Below are positions 43,032 to 51,057 of a stretch of 64,000 nucleotides of DNA, one piece after another (positions within the stretch are counted from its first letter, which is position 1; each line of letters begins with the position of its first letter). The notes beneath the pieces were generated by a model. That model saw only the letters and a program-made list of their open reading frames with translations, was not told where the DNA came from and did no database searches. This DNA comes from a virus: the IMG/VR virus record IMGVR_UViG_3300022561_000009. One strand, 5' to 3'. Position numbers and translations under genes: made by a program.

Positions 43032-43489
43032 TTGAGATAGCCGCGCTGCCTGAGCTTTTCTTCATGCAATGCCTGTTGTTCAATAATATCTATATCGTAT
43101 TTGTCAGCTATGGTGTGAATCATCGTTACCGCGCTCTGCGCTACGTCAAAGGATTCCTCTATCAATCTCAGAGGGTTTCTTTCGCCTGTTTTCAGTCTCG
43201 GCAATTCTCCACTCATTTGATTGCACTTTCCTATGATTTGAAGGAGCTCACCTAATTCTTCAATCAGCTTCATGGTGCATGATTCTATTGTTGGGGTGAG
43301 ATTATTTAAGATTGGAAATACTATTCCAGCCTGCAATGTCCTTGGTGCCCATGAACTAAAGTTTAGATTACATATTATGTCTCCACAATGGTACTGATGG
43401 TTGCATGTATCACAGTTCTTTTCTATCATCTCGCTACCTCCTACCATACCTTTTCCTGTTGTCGCTGGTATTCTGTCTCTTCCGTTCAT
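43028..43489 (-). CDS. MazG-like nucleotide pyrophosphohydrolase
   Basis: LIEELGELLQIIGK...LIEESFDVAQSAVTMIHTI...EKLRQRGY fits the all-alpha MazG pattern. Two in-frame starts (43489, 43429), each behind an identical AGGAGGTAGCGAG RBS repeat. Confidence 0.6.
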   Translation of the reverse strand: MNGRDRIPATTGKGMVGGSEMIEKNCDTCNHQYHCGDIICNLNFSSWAPRTLQAGIVFPILNNLTPTIESCTMKLIEELGELLQIIGKCNQMSGELPRLKTGERNPLRLIEESFDVAQSAVTMIHTIADKYDIDIIEQQALHEEKLRQRGYLK

Positions 43490-43526
43490 CTCGCTACCTC
43501 CTGTTTTACCTTCTTCGCCCTCTTTT

Positions 43527-43997
43527 TCACTTATTGTTTATATACAGATCCGCATAGGTCACCCCAACAGCAACGGCAGACCATACATCTTTACTCACTC
43601 CGTAGAACCAACCTGGGGACTTCTTAACTCCAACCGGTCCGAATCTATCTATTAATGCCTGACGAATGTTTGAATCCTTTGCTTTCATGCTGTGGCATAG
43701 ATTCATTTTTTCATCTTTTCGGTAAATGTAAGATACCTTGTGATTATTTCTTTCGATCTCTTGATGGAATCTGCCAACCCATATACAGGTTTCAAATACA
43801 GTTGCCCCAACGGCCATTCCGTAGGATGCAATAGCCTCAATAGCTATATGAGTTACCTCATATTCATTTATAAATAAAAGGAGATTCGTAATTAATTCTT
43901 CGTTCTTACATTTCTTAAACTTGATAAGCTCCAGCCCATCTCCGAGAACCGCATATGCTGATTCAATATTGCCTGGGTCTATGGCCAAGATACTCAT
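43527..43997 (-). CDS. RuvC-like Holliday junction resolvase
   Basis: MSILAIDPGNIESAY...VTHIAIEAIASYG shows acidic catalytic motifs of the RuvC/RNase H fold. Confidence 0.65.
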   Translation of the reverse strand: MSILAIDPGNIESAYAVLGDGLELIKFKKCKNEELITNLLLFINEYEVTHIAIEAIASYGMAVGATVFETCIWVGRFHQEIERNNHKVSYIYRKDEKMNLCHSMKAKDSNIRQALIDRFGPVGVKKSPGWFYGVSKDVWSAVAVGVTYADLYINNK

Positions 43998-44601
43998 AAT
44001 ATTCTTCCTCCGTCTTTCTCCCCTTTTGTAAATTGCACTTAGAACACGATATTACAATATTTGTTTTTGTATTGTGCCCCCCTCTGGTCAGAGGGGTTTT
44101 ATGTTCGATGTGTCCTCTCCCTTTATTATCTAATTCTTGCCTGCAGTAATAGCATTTTCCCCCTTGGAGCTCCCTTTGGGTCAGTATGTCTGCCTGAGTT
44201 AAATCGCTAGATCCCTCGGACTTTCCACATCTTCTCTTTTGATAATACTGAGCTAGTTTGTCTGGATTTATATGAGCCCATTTTTTACGATAAATATTAG
44301 CCCTTACTCTGCGTTCGGCAAGGTTACTCCTATTGGCCTCGTTCCTTTTAACTGATTCGGGGTTAACTTTTCGATATATTTTCATTCTCAAGGCAAGGCG
44401 TACCCTGTTTTTATCTCTCCACTCCTTGTTTACTAATTTCGTTCTAACTGCATTTTCTTGCAGATATTCTGCTATATGCTCAGAGTTATTTGCTCTCCAC
44501 TTTTTTGCCTTAGAAGCAAATTTCTCTTTGTTACTGTTGTAATATTCACGCTGCTTTTCCCTTATTTCTTCTCGATGTTCTTGATAATATTTAGCGTTCA
44601 T
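43963..44601 (-). CDS. HNH homing endonuclease
   Basis: LQGGKCYYCRQELDNKGRGHIEHKTPLTRGGHNTKTNIVISCSKCNLQKG. Basic YR..N repeats. Start ATG 44601 behind AAGGGGAGTG. Confidence 0.85.
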   Translation of the reverse strand: MNAKYYQEHREEIREKQREYYNSNKEKFASKAKKWRANNSEHIAEYLQENAVRTKLVNKEWRDKNRVRLALRMKIYRKVNPESVKRNEANRSNLAERRVRANIYRKKWAHINPDKLAQYYQKRRCGKSEGSSDLTQADILTQRELQGGKCYYCRQELDNKGRGHIEHKTPLTRGGHNTKTNIVISCSKCNLQKGRKTEEEYYEYLGHRPRQY

Positions 44602-44623
44602 TTCTTTCACTCCCCTTAATACT

Positions 44624-44632
44624 ATTATACCA
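44624..44632 (-). promoter_or_regulatory. extended -10 promoter (TGGTATAAT) of the HNH gene
   Basis: Reverse complement TGGTATAAT, in an intergenic block homologous to 20734-20837. Confidence 0.55.
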
Positions 44633-44692
44633 TTACGTCCAAGGACTTGCAAGGACATTATTAATGATATACAATACATTTGAGGTGATTTT

Positions 44693-44851
44693 ATGGCTAA
44701 CAAAGAGTTGAAGACGAGAACTCCTTTCTCAAATGCTGTTGATACATTGTTGCTAGAGAGATTAAAGAATTACTCAGTAGAAACAAGTATTCCAATTTCA
44801 AAGCTCTTGGATAAATCGATTTCCCTTTTTCTGAAGTCTGTTAATAAATAA
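44693..44851 (+). CDS. small ribbon-helix-helix protein, 52 aa, divergent from the HNH gene
   Basis: Manual ORF MANKELKTRTPFSNAVDTLLLERLKNYSVETSIPISKLLDKSISLFLKSVNK. Paralogue of 20838..20996. Confidence 0.7.
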   Translation: MANKELKTRTPFSNAVDTLLLERLKNYSVETSIPISKLLDKSISLFLKSVNK

Positions 44852-44923
44852 CAGACTTCTTTTTTAGATTTTCATCAAGGATTACGTATGCCGTTTCTGA
44901 ACTTCCAGGGTCTACGCCCATTA

Positions 44924-45577
44924 TCATTGTTTTTCCTCCACCCTCTCAAACTCAACAACCCATACCCAAGGATTTAGGTCCCATCCACCTGGATTGATAC
45001 TGTCCCATAACTGCCGGAATGTTCTGTGCCACCCGTTTTCATCTTCACGCCAATCTTTTGCATTTCCATCGATGGACGGTCTAACTCCTTCGGCTTCGCA
45101 ATCCTCATCAGTCATGAACTGCAATCTTTCAACTCGAATATCTTTCACTTTGAGGAATAATCTAGCTGCTGAGCGTGGCATATGGATTGAGGGTTTCCAC
45201 CTCACCCTTTCCTCGGGAGATTCGCAATCATTTGCAAAGTCAGTATCCGGATCCGCCTTATACATAAATTTTTCACAGTTACAATCATAGTTGCAGGGGC
45301 AATTAATACCTTTCCACTCAGCCCACGTCTCTCGCACCCAAAGAATATCGCCAACTTTTCCGTATGGACAATTTATAGGACCACCGTATTCATGACCATT
45401 TTCAAGACGTAAAAATTGATATTTTCCTCTGATCTCAGGGACCGATCTCGACAAATCACCATAGTTATCAGCAGGATAATGCTTTAAGGGGAATACCCTT
45501 CGTGTCATAGTCTTCTTCCCTGCCAGAATCGCCTGAACCATTTCAGTCTTGAATAGAATCGGCTTTTCTTTCCTCAT
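44924..45577 (-). CDS. ASCH/PUA-like domain protein
   Basis: KPILFKTEMVQAILAGKKTMTRRV...GDILWVRETWAEW is the pattern I associate with phage ASCH-domain proteins. Confidence 0.5.
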   Translation of the reverse strand: MRKEKPILFKTEMVQAILAGKKTMTRRVFPLKHYPADNYGDLSRSVPEIRGKYQFLRLENGHEYGGPINCPYGKVGDILWVRETWAEWKGINCPCNYDCNCEKFMYKADPDTDFANDCESPEERVRWKPSIHMPRSAARLFLKVKDIRVERLQFMTDEDCEAEGVRPSIDGNAKDWREDENGWHRTFRQLWDSINPGGWDLNPWVWVVEFERVEEKQ

Positions 45578-45792
45578 TTTCTTTCCCCTCCATACGCATG
45601 ATCTAGCACAGATTCGGCCGTTCTAATCGCTCTAACTACCGACATACTCCAAGGCGCACGATGTAATTCAACTAAAATATCAATTAGACCCGCCTGTAAG
45701 TCTTTTTCCTTCCCCAAGGTGAACATTGAGAACAAAACCATTGCGACTATAAAGCCTACTGTTACGCCAATACATAATCCTGCTATTAACAT
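45574..45792 (-). CDS. small membrane protein
   Basis: N-terminal TM LIAGLCIGVTVGFIVAMVLFSMF. ATGA overlap with the next gene. Confidence 0.55.
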   Translation of the reverse strand: MLIAGLCIGVTVGFIVAMVLFSMFTLGKEKDLQAGLIDILVELHRAPWSMSVVRAIRTAESVLDHAYGGERK

Positions 45793-45798
45793 TTCTTT

Positions 45799-46665
45799 TT
45801 ACCCCCTCTTTTTATAATCCGGCCATGCCACCGTTTTGAATATTGCTTTGAAATTGCACCATCTAGCTAAACGTCTTTGGTATTCGCTCGTTTTGTCGTA
45901 AACCATGACAAACGGATCAATCTTATAGCTTCTTAGAATCTCAATTCTGTATAAATCTTCATCCTCTGTTGTGTCCCATCCTACTAAGACATAGAACATC
46001 AAACGACTAGCTGGCATGTATTTTAGTAGTATCTCGATCCCTGCTCTGACTTCCGTTTCCAGATCCAACGAATCAAAGGCGAAGTGTATCTGCTTCCATA
46101 GCCTTACTTTGGATAATAGCTTTGCTTTTTCATCATCGATAAGGCGAATATCTAAGCCCTGATTGAAGTCTGTTTTGATTTTGTACTTGATTAACTGATT
46201 GAGAATTAGATTAAAATGCTCTGTATCCCCTGTGAGATTGTTGTCCATGAGGAATAACTCTTTCTGTCCATTCCAAAACTGATGAATGTCTGCTACCGGA
46301 TGGAGTTTGCCTTCTTTCTTTGGAACGATGCAAAACCCACATTCCCTGGTGCATCCTCTTGTTGTAAACCCAATAGCATAATTGCAGTTATAGAGAGAGT
46401 AATCAGGGTACATTGTTTCGACTTCATCAGGTAGTTTGATTGTTAGGTCGTGACCGCTGCCCCCTTGGATAACTTCACAATCTTTAGGGAAATATCCGAA
46501 TTTATCAGAGGACTTAAAAACCTTGGATGAATATATGCGGTCTGGATGGTCAAATAAGGGATCGTATATTTTCACAGAATCGCCAACGCTTTTATGAAAA
46601 GCCGATAGTTTCATTAATGCTAAGTTCGGCATGCGACTATCAATATCAACTATTCCTATCCTCAA
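45799..46665 (-). CDS. radical SAM enzyme (small, phage type)
   Basis: GFTTRGCTRECGFCIVP contains the CxxxCxxC [4Fe-4S] motif. N-terminal Rossmann-like IGIVDIDSRMPNLALMKLSAF. TTG start. Confidence 0.7.
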   Translation of the reverse strand: MRIGIVDIDSRMPNLALMKLSAFHKSVGDSVKIYDPLFDHPDRIYSSKVFKSSDKFGYFPKDCEVIQGGSGHDLTIKLPDEVETMYPDYSLYNCNYAIGFTTRGCTRECGFCIVPKKEGKLHPVADIHQFWNGQKELFLMDNNLTGDTEHFNLILNQLIKYKIKTDFNQGLDIRLIDDEKAKLLSKVRLWKQIHFAFDSLDLETEVRAGIEILLKYMPASRLMFYVLVGWDTTEDEDLYRIEILRSYKIDPFVMVYDKTSEYQRRLARWCNFKAIFKTVAWPDYKKRG

Positions 46666-46755
46666 GGTTTCTAACTACCTTCCGTTTCTATATCACACAG
46701 GTCACACAAGCTCGATCTGAGCTGTTTAAGGAATTGATTGGTGTATTTGTATCTG

Positions 46756-46947
46756 TTAGGATTTTGGAAGGCTTATAGAGTGTTTGTCCCATTCACTTCT
46801 GTTGCCGACATTGAATCCTTCTTTCCAGCCTCTATCCTCCGCATGGGTTATAAATCCTTGAATAGCTTCATTAGTTTCATTAAGAGTAGCAGAGCCTTCG
46901 ACTAACCCCTGCAACCAACCTCGAATTGGATATTTAGGCTTTTCCAT
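46756..46947 (-). CDS. hypothetical protein
   Basis: 63-aa ORF overlapping the upstream gene end. Confidence 0.45.
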   Translation of the reverse strand: MEKPKYPIRGWLQGLVEGSATLNETNEAIQGFITHAEDRGWKEGFNVGNRSEWDKHSISLPKS

Positions 46948-47284
46948 TATTCTTACGCTTCCTTTCCTCGTTAAGTAACTTTCTCTGATAGCCTAGAGAG
47001 ACACCGATTTGAACGTGATACATACGGCTAATGTCCCGATAACTTCCAATATCACTAAACTCCTGAATGGTCTTAATTTCATCCTTCATTCGCTGCTCGT
47101 TTTGCAACTCTAATGTCGGATAGGATTCAACACCCGCATTTATGTAGCGGATTTTTCCAGTATTTTTATAAAACTCAGAATCAAATTTCCGAGTGACCAT
47201 TTTCGTTTTTGTTACTTCTCGGTTTGGTACGCCCATTAAAACCGTTCCATGCGTTCGGAGCCCATTCCCACCCTCTGTCCTCAT
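46934..47284 (-). CDS. hypothetical protein sharing a ~50-aa module with the sigma factor C-terminus
   Basis: LELQNEQRMKDEIKTIQEFSDIGSYRDISRMYHVQIGVSLGYQRKL versus sigma LSIEQRENKFKLQQEVTTTEQFNEIGSPADVARLYGVNYGTAFGLKKKL. Confidence 0.6.
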   Translation of the reverse strand: MRTEGGNGLRTHGTVLMGVPNREVTKTKMVTRKFDSEFYKNTGKIRYINAGVESYPTLELQNEQRMKDEIKTIQEFSDIGSYRDISRMYHVQIGVSLGYQRKLLNEERKRKNNGKA

Positions 47285-47646
47285 TTTTCTTCACCTTCGT
47301 CTTTAAATATCGGTTTGGAATAAGTCTCATCTGTGCGTTCAAACGACCCCATGATGACAAACTTTCTATTGTCTCCTAAGCTTTTATATGCTTCCATGAA
47401 TCTTTCATCTGCAATTATCGTTATGGCGTTCTTTATTTCCTTGCCGTTTTCAGTAACCACAAATTTGTTAGCAACCTCTTTGGTGAATACACCTAAAATG
47501 TTTCCCCCTTCTCCTTTTGTTCCTTCAAATACTTTTTGTGATATTTCAAGCTGCTTCAAGACTCGTTCCCCTACTTGGGCTAACGTTTCCGAGTAACTCC
47601 GAGCCTTATCTAAATTACAAAGAATACTATAAATCTTTTTAAGCAT
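47281..47646 (-). CDS. hypothetical protein
   Basis: 121-aa ORF. ATGA overlap downstream. Confidence 0.55.
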   Translation of the reverse strand: MLKKIYSILCNLDKARSYSETLAQVGERVLKQLEISQKVFEGTKGEGGNILGVFTKEVANKFVVTENGKEIKNAITIIADERFMEAYKSLGDNRKFVIMGSFERTDETYSKPIFKDEGEEK

Positions 47647-47797
47647 TTTTTTCTTCCCCCTCTAAGAATTCCAATCTTTTTACGTATGCCTTTTGGTTTG
47701 CATTGAAGTCCTGGTGTTGGAGAATAATCTCAAAATTCAAGAGGTCAAGCGTCTCTTTTGATTCAGCGGTTTGGATTCTTTCGATTAGTGGTGTCAT
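47639..47797 (-). CDS. hypothetical small protein, 52 aa
   Basis: Manual ORF MTPLIERIQTAESKETLDLLNFEIILQHQDFNANQKAYVKRLEFLEGEEKNA. ATGA overlap with the sigma gene stop. Confidence 0.45.
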   Translation of the reverse strand: MTPLIERIQTAESKETLDLLNFEIILQHQDFNANQKAYVKRLEFLEGEEKNA

Positions 47798-49050
47798 ACT
47801 GCTAACCCCCGCATCATTTCTTCTAATCGTTCGTCAAACTCTTTAGCGGCCTTATCCATATGTGCCTTTCTTAATTTGGAAATTGACTGTTGAATGTATG
47901 ACCATTTTTCTTCGATGAAGTCCGGTTCGTTCGTGATTGGTTCTGTCCATTCAGGCTTTATTTTTACTTCAATTTCCATATCGTCGATGGTTTGTGTTGG
48001 GGTTGGTGTTTCAATTGGCGCATTAGTTCCTTGTAGGATAACATTTTCACCCCACGAATCATCTTCACAAGAATCATCGTCGTGCGTTACCGTTTCCGTT
48101 TCGCTAGGGTGCGAGAGAATTGTATCTATTTCCTGACCCGCAAGTTTTTTCTTTAGTCCAAAGGCTGTACCGTAATTAACTCCATACAACCTAGCTACGT
48201 CTGCCGGACTTCCAATCTCGTTAAACTGTTCAGTTGTCGTAACCTCTTGTTGCAATTTGAATTTGTTTTCACGTTGCTCAATGCTCAACATTTTCTTTTC
48301 CTCCTCGTTTTTAATTGGTCCAGCGTATCCGTGATCTATCCGGTCCCTTTCTCTTTGCCCATATTGTTTAGCAATTCTCATAAGTTTTGTTTTAAGTCTG
48401 GATAAATACGATTGAGAAATTCCCATTATCTCTGCCGCTTTACGTTGCGTCATTCCTTCAACTACGCACAGCCTACAGACTTCTCGAAGCTGTTCGGGCA
48501 ACTCTGACATTAAATCTCTGATTACTTCTTGGTCCTCGTTACTCTCATCATTACTTCCTAACATATCAGCCAAGTGTAGACTTCCATCTTCTGTATTAAT
48601 TTCTCTGTCTATGCTGTCGGTGTTCACGGCAATACTCGCCAAAACTGCTTCTTTTGCATCATCAAAACTAATGCCGGCCTTATCCGCAATTTCCTGAATT
48701 GTTTCGTTTCCGTTTAATCCAGCGGCGTTAATCTTTGCAATTAAGTTAATTCCCCTACACCCTAGATGAATCGGACGGTCCGTTTGGCGAATATATGTCA
48801 TAAGGTAACCTGTAATCATTGACCCCGCATATGTGCTGAACTTTATTGGTTTATCGTCTATGCCGAGACGGTTAGTTGGGTCAAAGCGTTGGTATGATTT
48901 AACTAAGCCGTGATAAGCAATTCCTCTTAGGTCATCAATATCTCTATCTTTTGAAGCATTGAAGAATTTCCAAGCGATTGAATGAGCTAATCCCATATTG
49001 GCTTTTATATAATCATCAGCGGAGCCTGGTAGATGCGGGTTTTTATCCAT
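47794..49050 (-). CDS. sigma-70 family RNA polymerase sigma factor (group 3 / SigF-SigB-like) with ~165-aa C-terminal extension
   Basis: Region 2 (YHGLVKSYQRFDP...FSTYAGSMITGYLMTYIRQ), region 4 (LPEQLREVCRLCVVEGMTQRKAAEIMGISQSYLSRLKTKL). Internal in-frame ATG 48291 is preceded by GAGGAGG. Confidence 0.8.
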   Translation of the reverse strand: MDKNPHLPGSADDYIKANMGLAHSIAWKFFNASKDRDIDDLRGIAYHGLVKSYQRFDPTNRLGIDDKPIKFSTYAGSMITGYLMTYIRQTDRPIHLGCRGINLIAKINAAGLNGNETIQEIADKAGISFDDAKEAVLASIAVNTDSIDREINTEDGSLHLADMLGSNDESNEDQEVIRDLMSELPEQLREVCRLCVVEGMTQRKAAEIMGISQSYLSRLKTKLMRIAKQYGQRERDRIDHGYAGPIKNEEEKKMLSIEQRENKFKLQQEVTTTEQFNEIGSPADVARLYGVNYGTAFGLKKKLAGQEIDTILSHPSETETVTHDDDSCEDDSWGENVILQGTNAPIETPTPTQTIDDMEIEVKIKPEWTEPITNEPDFIEEKWSYIQQSISKLRKAHMDKAAKEFDERLEEMMRGLAV

Positions 49051-49065
49051 CCTCTTCCCCTTTCT

Positions 49066-49371
49066 TTATCCCCTATAAGCCGTGATACATTTCAAAACGT
49101 CCACTTGTACCCCTGCCTGCTTTGCAATCGCTGAGCATCGTTCTAACGCCCCTAGGAATGCACCCGCTGCTCTTATCTGTTTTGGAGTTAAAGCCAATTG
49201 TTTGGTTGGTTTAGCTTTTTCGACTAAGTACAGGCTCGGCAGGTTTTTTCTTCTTCTCCAACACGCAATGGTATTTGGTGACTTGCCTACTGCTTTACCT
49301 ATTTGGGTATCGTTTTCAAAGGAGTTGTAATGTTGGTAGGCTAGTGGTTCATTAAATGTCATTGTTCTCAT
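49066..49371 (-). CDS. hypothetical HTH protein
   Basis: IGKAVGKSPNTIACWRRRKNLPS is HTH-like. 101 aa. Confidence 0.5.
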   Translation of the reverse strand: MRTMTFNEPLAYQHYNSFENDTQIGKAVGKSPNTIACWRRRKNLPSLYLVEKAKPTKQLALTPKQIRAAGAFLGALERCSAIAKQAGVQVDVLKCITAYRG

Positions 49372-49385
49372 GTGGTTGTTCCTCC

Positions 49386-50141
49386 TTATAAATAAAAGTT
49401 GTCATACTTGTTAGGTGGTGTTTTAGGTGGTTTTGCTTGCCCTTTTAATAGTTTTTCATCAACTTGGTTAAGGTAGTTTTCAAAGTTTGTAGGACTGAAT
49501 AATGTATTTGGTCTGAGGAAATTATCTAAGGACTTTCCATCTCTATCTTTTTTCCCAAGCCACTCTTTGCACTTAGTATCAATTACCTGTTTGAAGTCCT
49601 CTATGGTTCTACCCTCGTCCCATCTTCCATTTATAAATTTGACTGTGGCATCTGTTTTAGGAGAAAAGCTTTTACCTGTTTTTTCATTTAAATAGTTGAT
49701 GATTTCGGAGTACGGTATACCTTCTTTACCTTCTTTACATTCTTTAGTATTCTTGTTTGTGTTACTTTGTTGTTCCTTTGTTGTTACCTTGTTGTTACTT
49801 TGTTGTTCCTTCTCTAAATCTTTAGCCTGATAAATGCAGTAGTTAAGCACCTTTACGACACTAAATCTGTTGTTACTTTTTACCGAAATCATGTTTAACT
49901 TTTCTAAAACTTTTAATCTTTTGTATGTTGCTCCTTCTGTCTGGCCAACTTCTTTTGCCATGACCTTTCTTCCAGTAATAAAACTACCTTTTTCAACCGT
50001 TTCTTCCTTGTTATTCCATATGATCTTCTGTTCAATATTGTTAGCTTTCAGTAGGCAATAATGAAATAGTTGAAATAGGAATGGCTTTAGAAAAATTGGG
50101 TTATCTAATATTTTTCTGTGCAGTTTTATCCATCCTGCCAT
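49386..50141 (-). CDS. replication initiation / replisome-organiser protein (DnaD-like N-terminus plus conserved phage C-terminal domain)
   Basis: GWIKLHRKILDNPIF... N-terminus and IPYSEIINYLNEKTGKSF...INGRWDEGRTIEDFKQVIDTKCKEWLG...FLRPNTLFSPTNFENYLNQ C-terminal domain typical of phage replication proteins. Confidence 0.7.
   Translation of the reverse strand: MAGWIKLHRKILDNPIFLKPFLFQLFHYCLLKANNIEQKIIWNNKEETVEKGSFITGRKVMAKEVGQTEGATYKRLKVLEKLNMISVKSNNRFSVVKVLNYCIYQAKDLEKEQQSNNKVTTKEQQSNTNKNTKECKEGKEGIPYSEIINYLNEKTGKSFSPKTDATVKFINGRWDEGRTIEDFKQVIDTKCKEWLGKKDRDGKSLDNFLRPNTLFSPTNFENYLNQVDEKLLKGQAKPPKTPPNKYDNFYL
49761..49811. repeat. direct repeats inside the organiser gene (candidate origin iterons)
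   Basis: GTTACTTTGTTGTTCCTT occurs at 49761-49778 and 49794-49811 with TTGTTGTTAC variants between. Confidence 0.4.
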
Positions 50142-50218
50142 TGTTTCCGCACCTTCTAACTTTGAGTGGGGCAGCCGTGACCACTCCTTACTATTTCAAA
50201 ATGCCCAACCTTGGGTAT

Positions 50219-50527
50219 TTACTCGATTAGCCATTTACCATTGATCCTATCTAATGCAAGATCCCAATATTTCCAATGCCGATACTCAAATGATTCCTTA
50301 ACATCGAATAGCTTTACTAACTTTCCGCTATTTATCGCAGTCATAAAGTCCACGGGTTCACGAACTAACTCCCATTCATCATCTAATCTTGGAATGGTTT
50401 GTGCTTTTCTACTTCCAAAGGCTAACTCTCCCGACTCGTCAAAATGATAAACAATACGGTTGTCCTTTTTTATAAAGTCAGCATTTGGATTCACTAAAGC
50501 ATAAGCATACATTTCGCCTGTTTTCAT
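50219..50527 (-). CDS. hypothetical protein
   Basis: 102-aa ORF. Confidence 0.5.
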   Translation of the reverse strand: MKTGEMYAYALVNPNADFIKKDNRIVYHFDESGELAFGSRKAQTIPRLDDEWELVREPVDFMTAINSGKLVKLFDVKESFEYRHWKYWDLALDRINGKWLIE

Positions 50528-50609
50528 TTATCAGCACATCCTATCTGTTTTATGAGGGACCCTGAATTTATGTAAGTGGTCCCTTTTGATGTCTGGATGT
50601 TGTCGGGCA

Positions 50610-51044
50610 CTAGAAAGGCAGGGCGTTCGGATCATCACATAAAAATACTTCGTGCATACCTTCGCCTGTTACTGGTGTATCTTCCCCTTTATCCTCCGGT
50701 GCATAGTGTGAATTCTCATTTTTGGGCGGAAAGTCGAAACCATCAACGATTATTTCTGTGATGTAAACCTTCACACCGTCTTTGTTTGTGTAATTTCTGT
50801 TTTGAACCTTTCCCCATATCGGGAATAATGCTCCCTTTTTAACAAATTCTGAAATCAATTCCCCTGTCTTACCAAATGCAATGCAGTTAAAGAAATCGCT
50901 TTCGTAATTGCCAGTTTCCTTATCTTTGAAATCCCTGCGTACTGCCATGGTGAAATCGCAAACCGCCGTACCTGATTGAAGAAATTTAATGGAGGGCTCC
51001 TTTGTTGTGCGTCCCGAAAATTGACATTTATTAATAATAAACAA
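50610..51044 (-). CDS. ssb: single-stranded DNA-binding protein
   Basis: OB-fold pattern (NKCQFSGRTTKEPSIKF...FFNCIAFGKTGE...GKVQNRNYTNKDGVKVYITEII) and acidic C-terminal tail ending DDPNALPF. Start codon uncertain. Confidence 0.8.
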   Translation of the reverse strand: MFIINKCQFSGRTTKEPSIKFLQSGTAVCDFTMAVRRDFKDKETGNYESDFFNCIAFGKTGELISEFVKKGALFPIWGKVQNRNYTNKDGVKVYITEIIVDGFDFPPKNENSHYAPEDKGEDTPVTGEGMHEVFLCDDPNALPF

Positions 51045-51057
51045 CTCCCTTATTTTT

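Noticed and set aside
43427-43502. Duplicated 16-mer CATCTCGCTACCTCCT (43427 and 43487).
   Set aside because: It is simply a duplicated RBS-plus-start (AGGAGGTAGCGAGATG) giving two in-frame starts for the MazG-like gene. No evidence for a regulatory repeat.
45105-45111. CUGAUGA on the minus strand (plus-strand TCATCAG).
   Set aside because: It lies inside the ASCH-like coding sequence. The downstream sequence does not form a G10.1-C11.1-closed stem II followed by GAAA and stem III.
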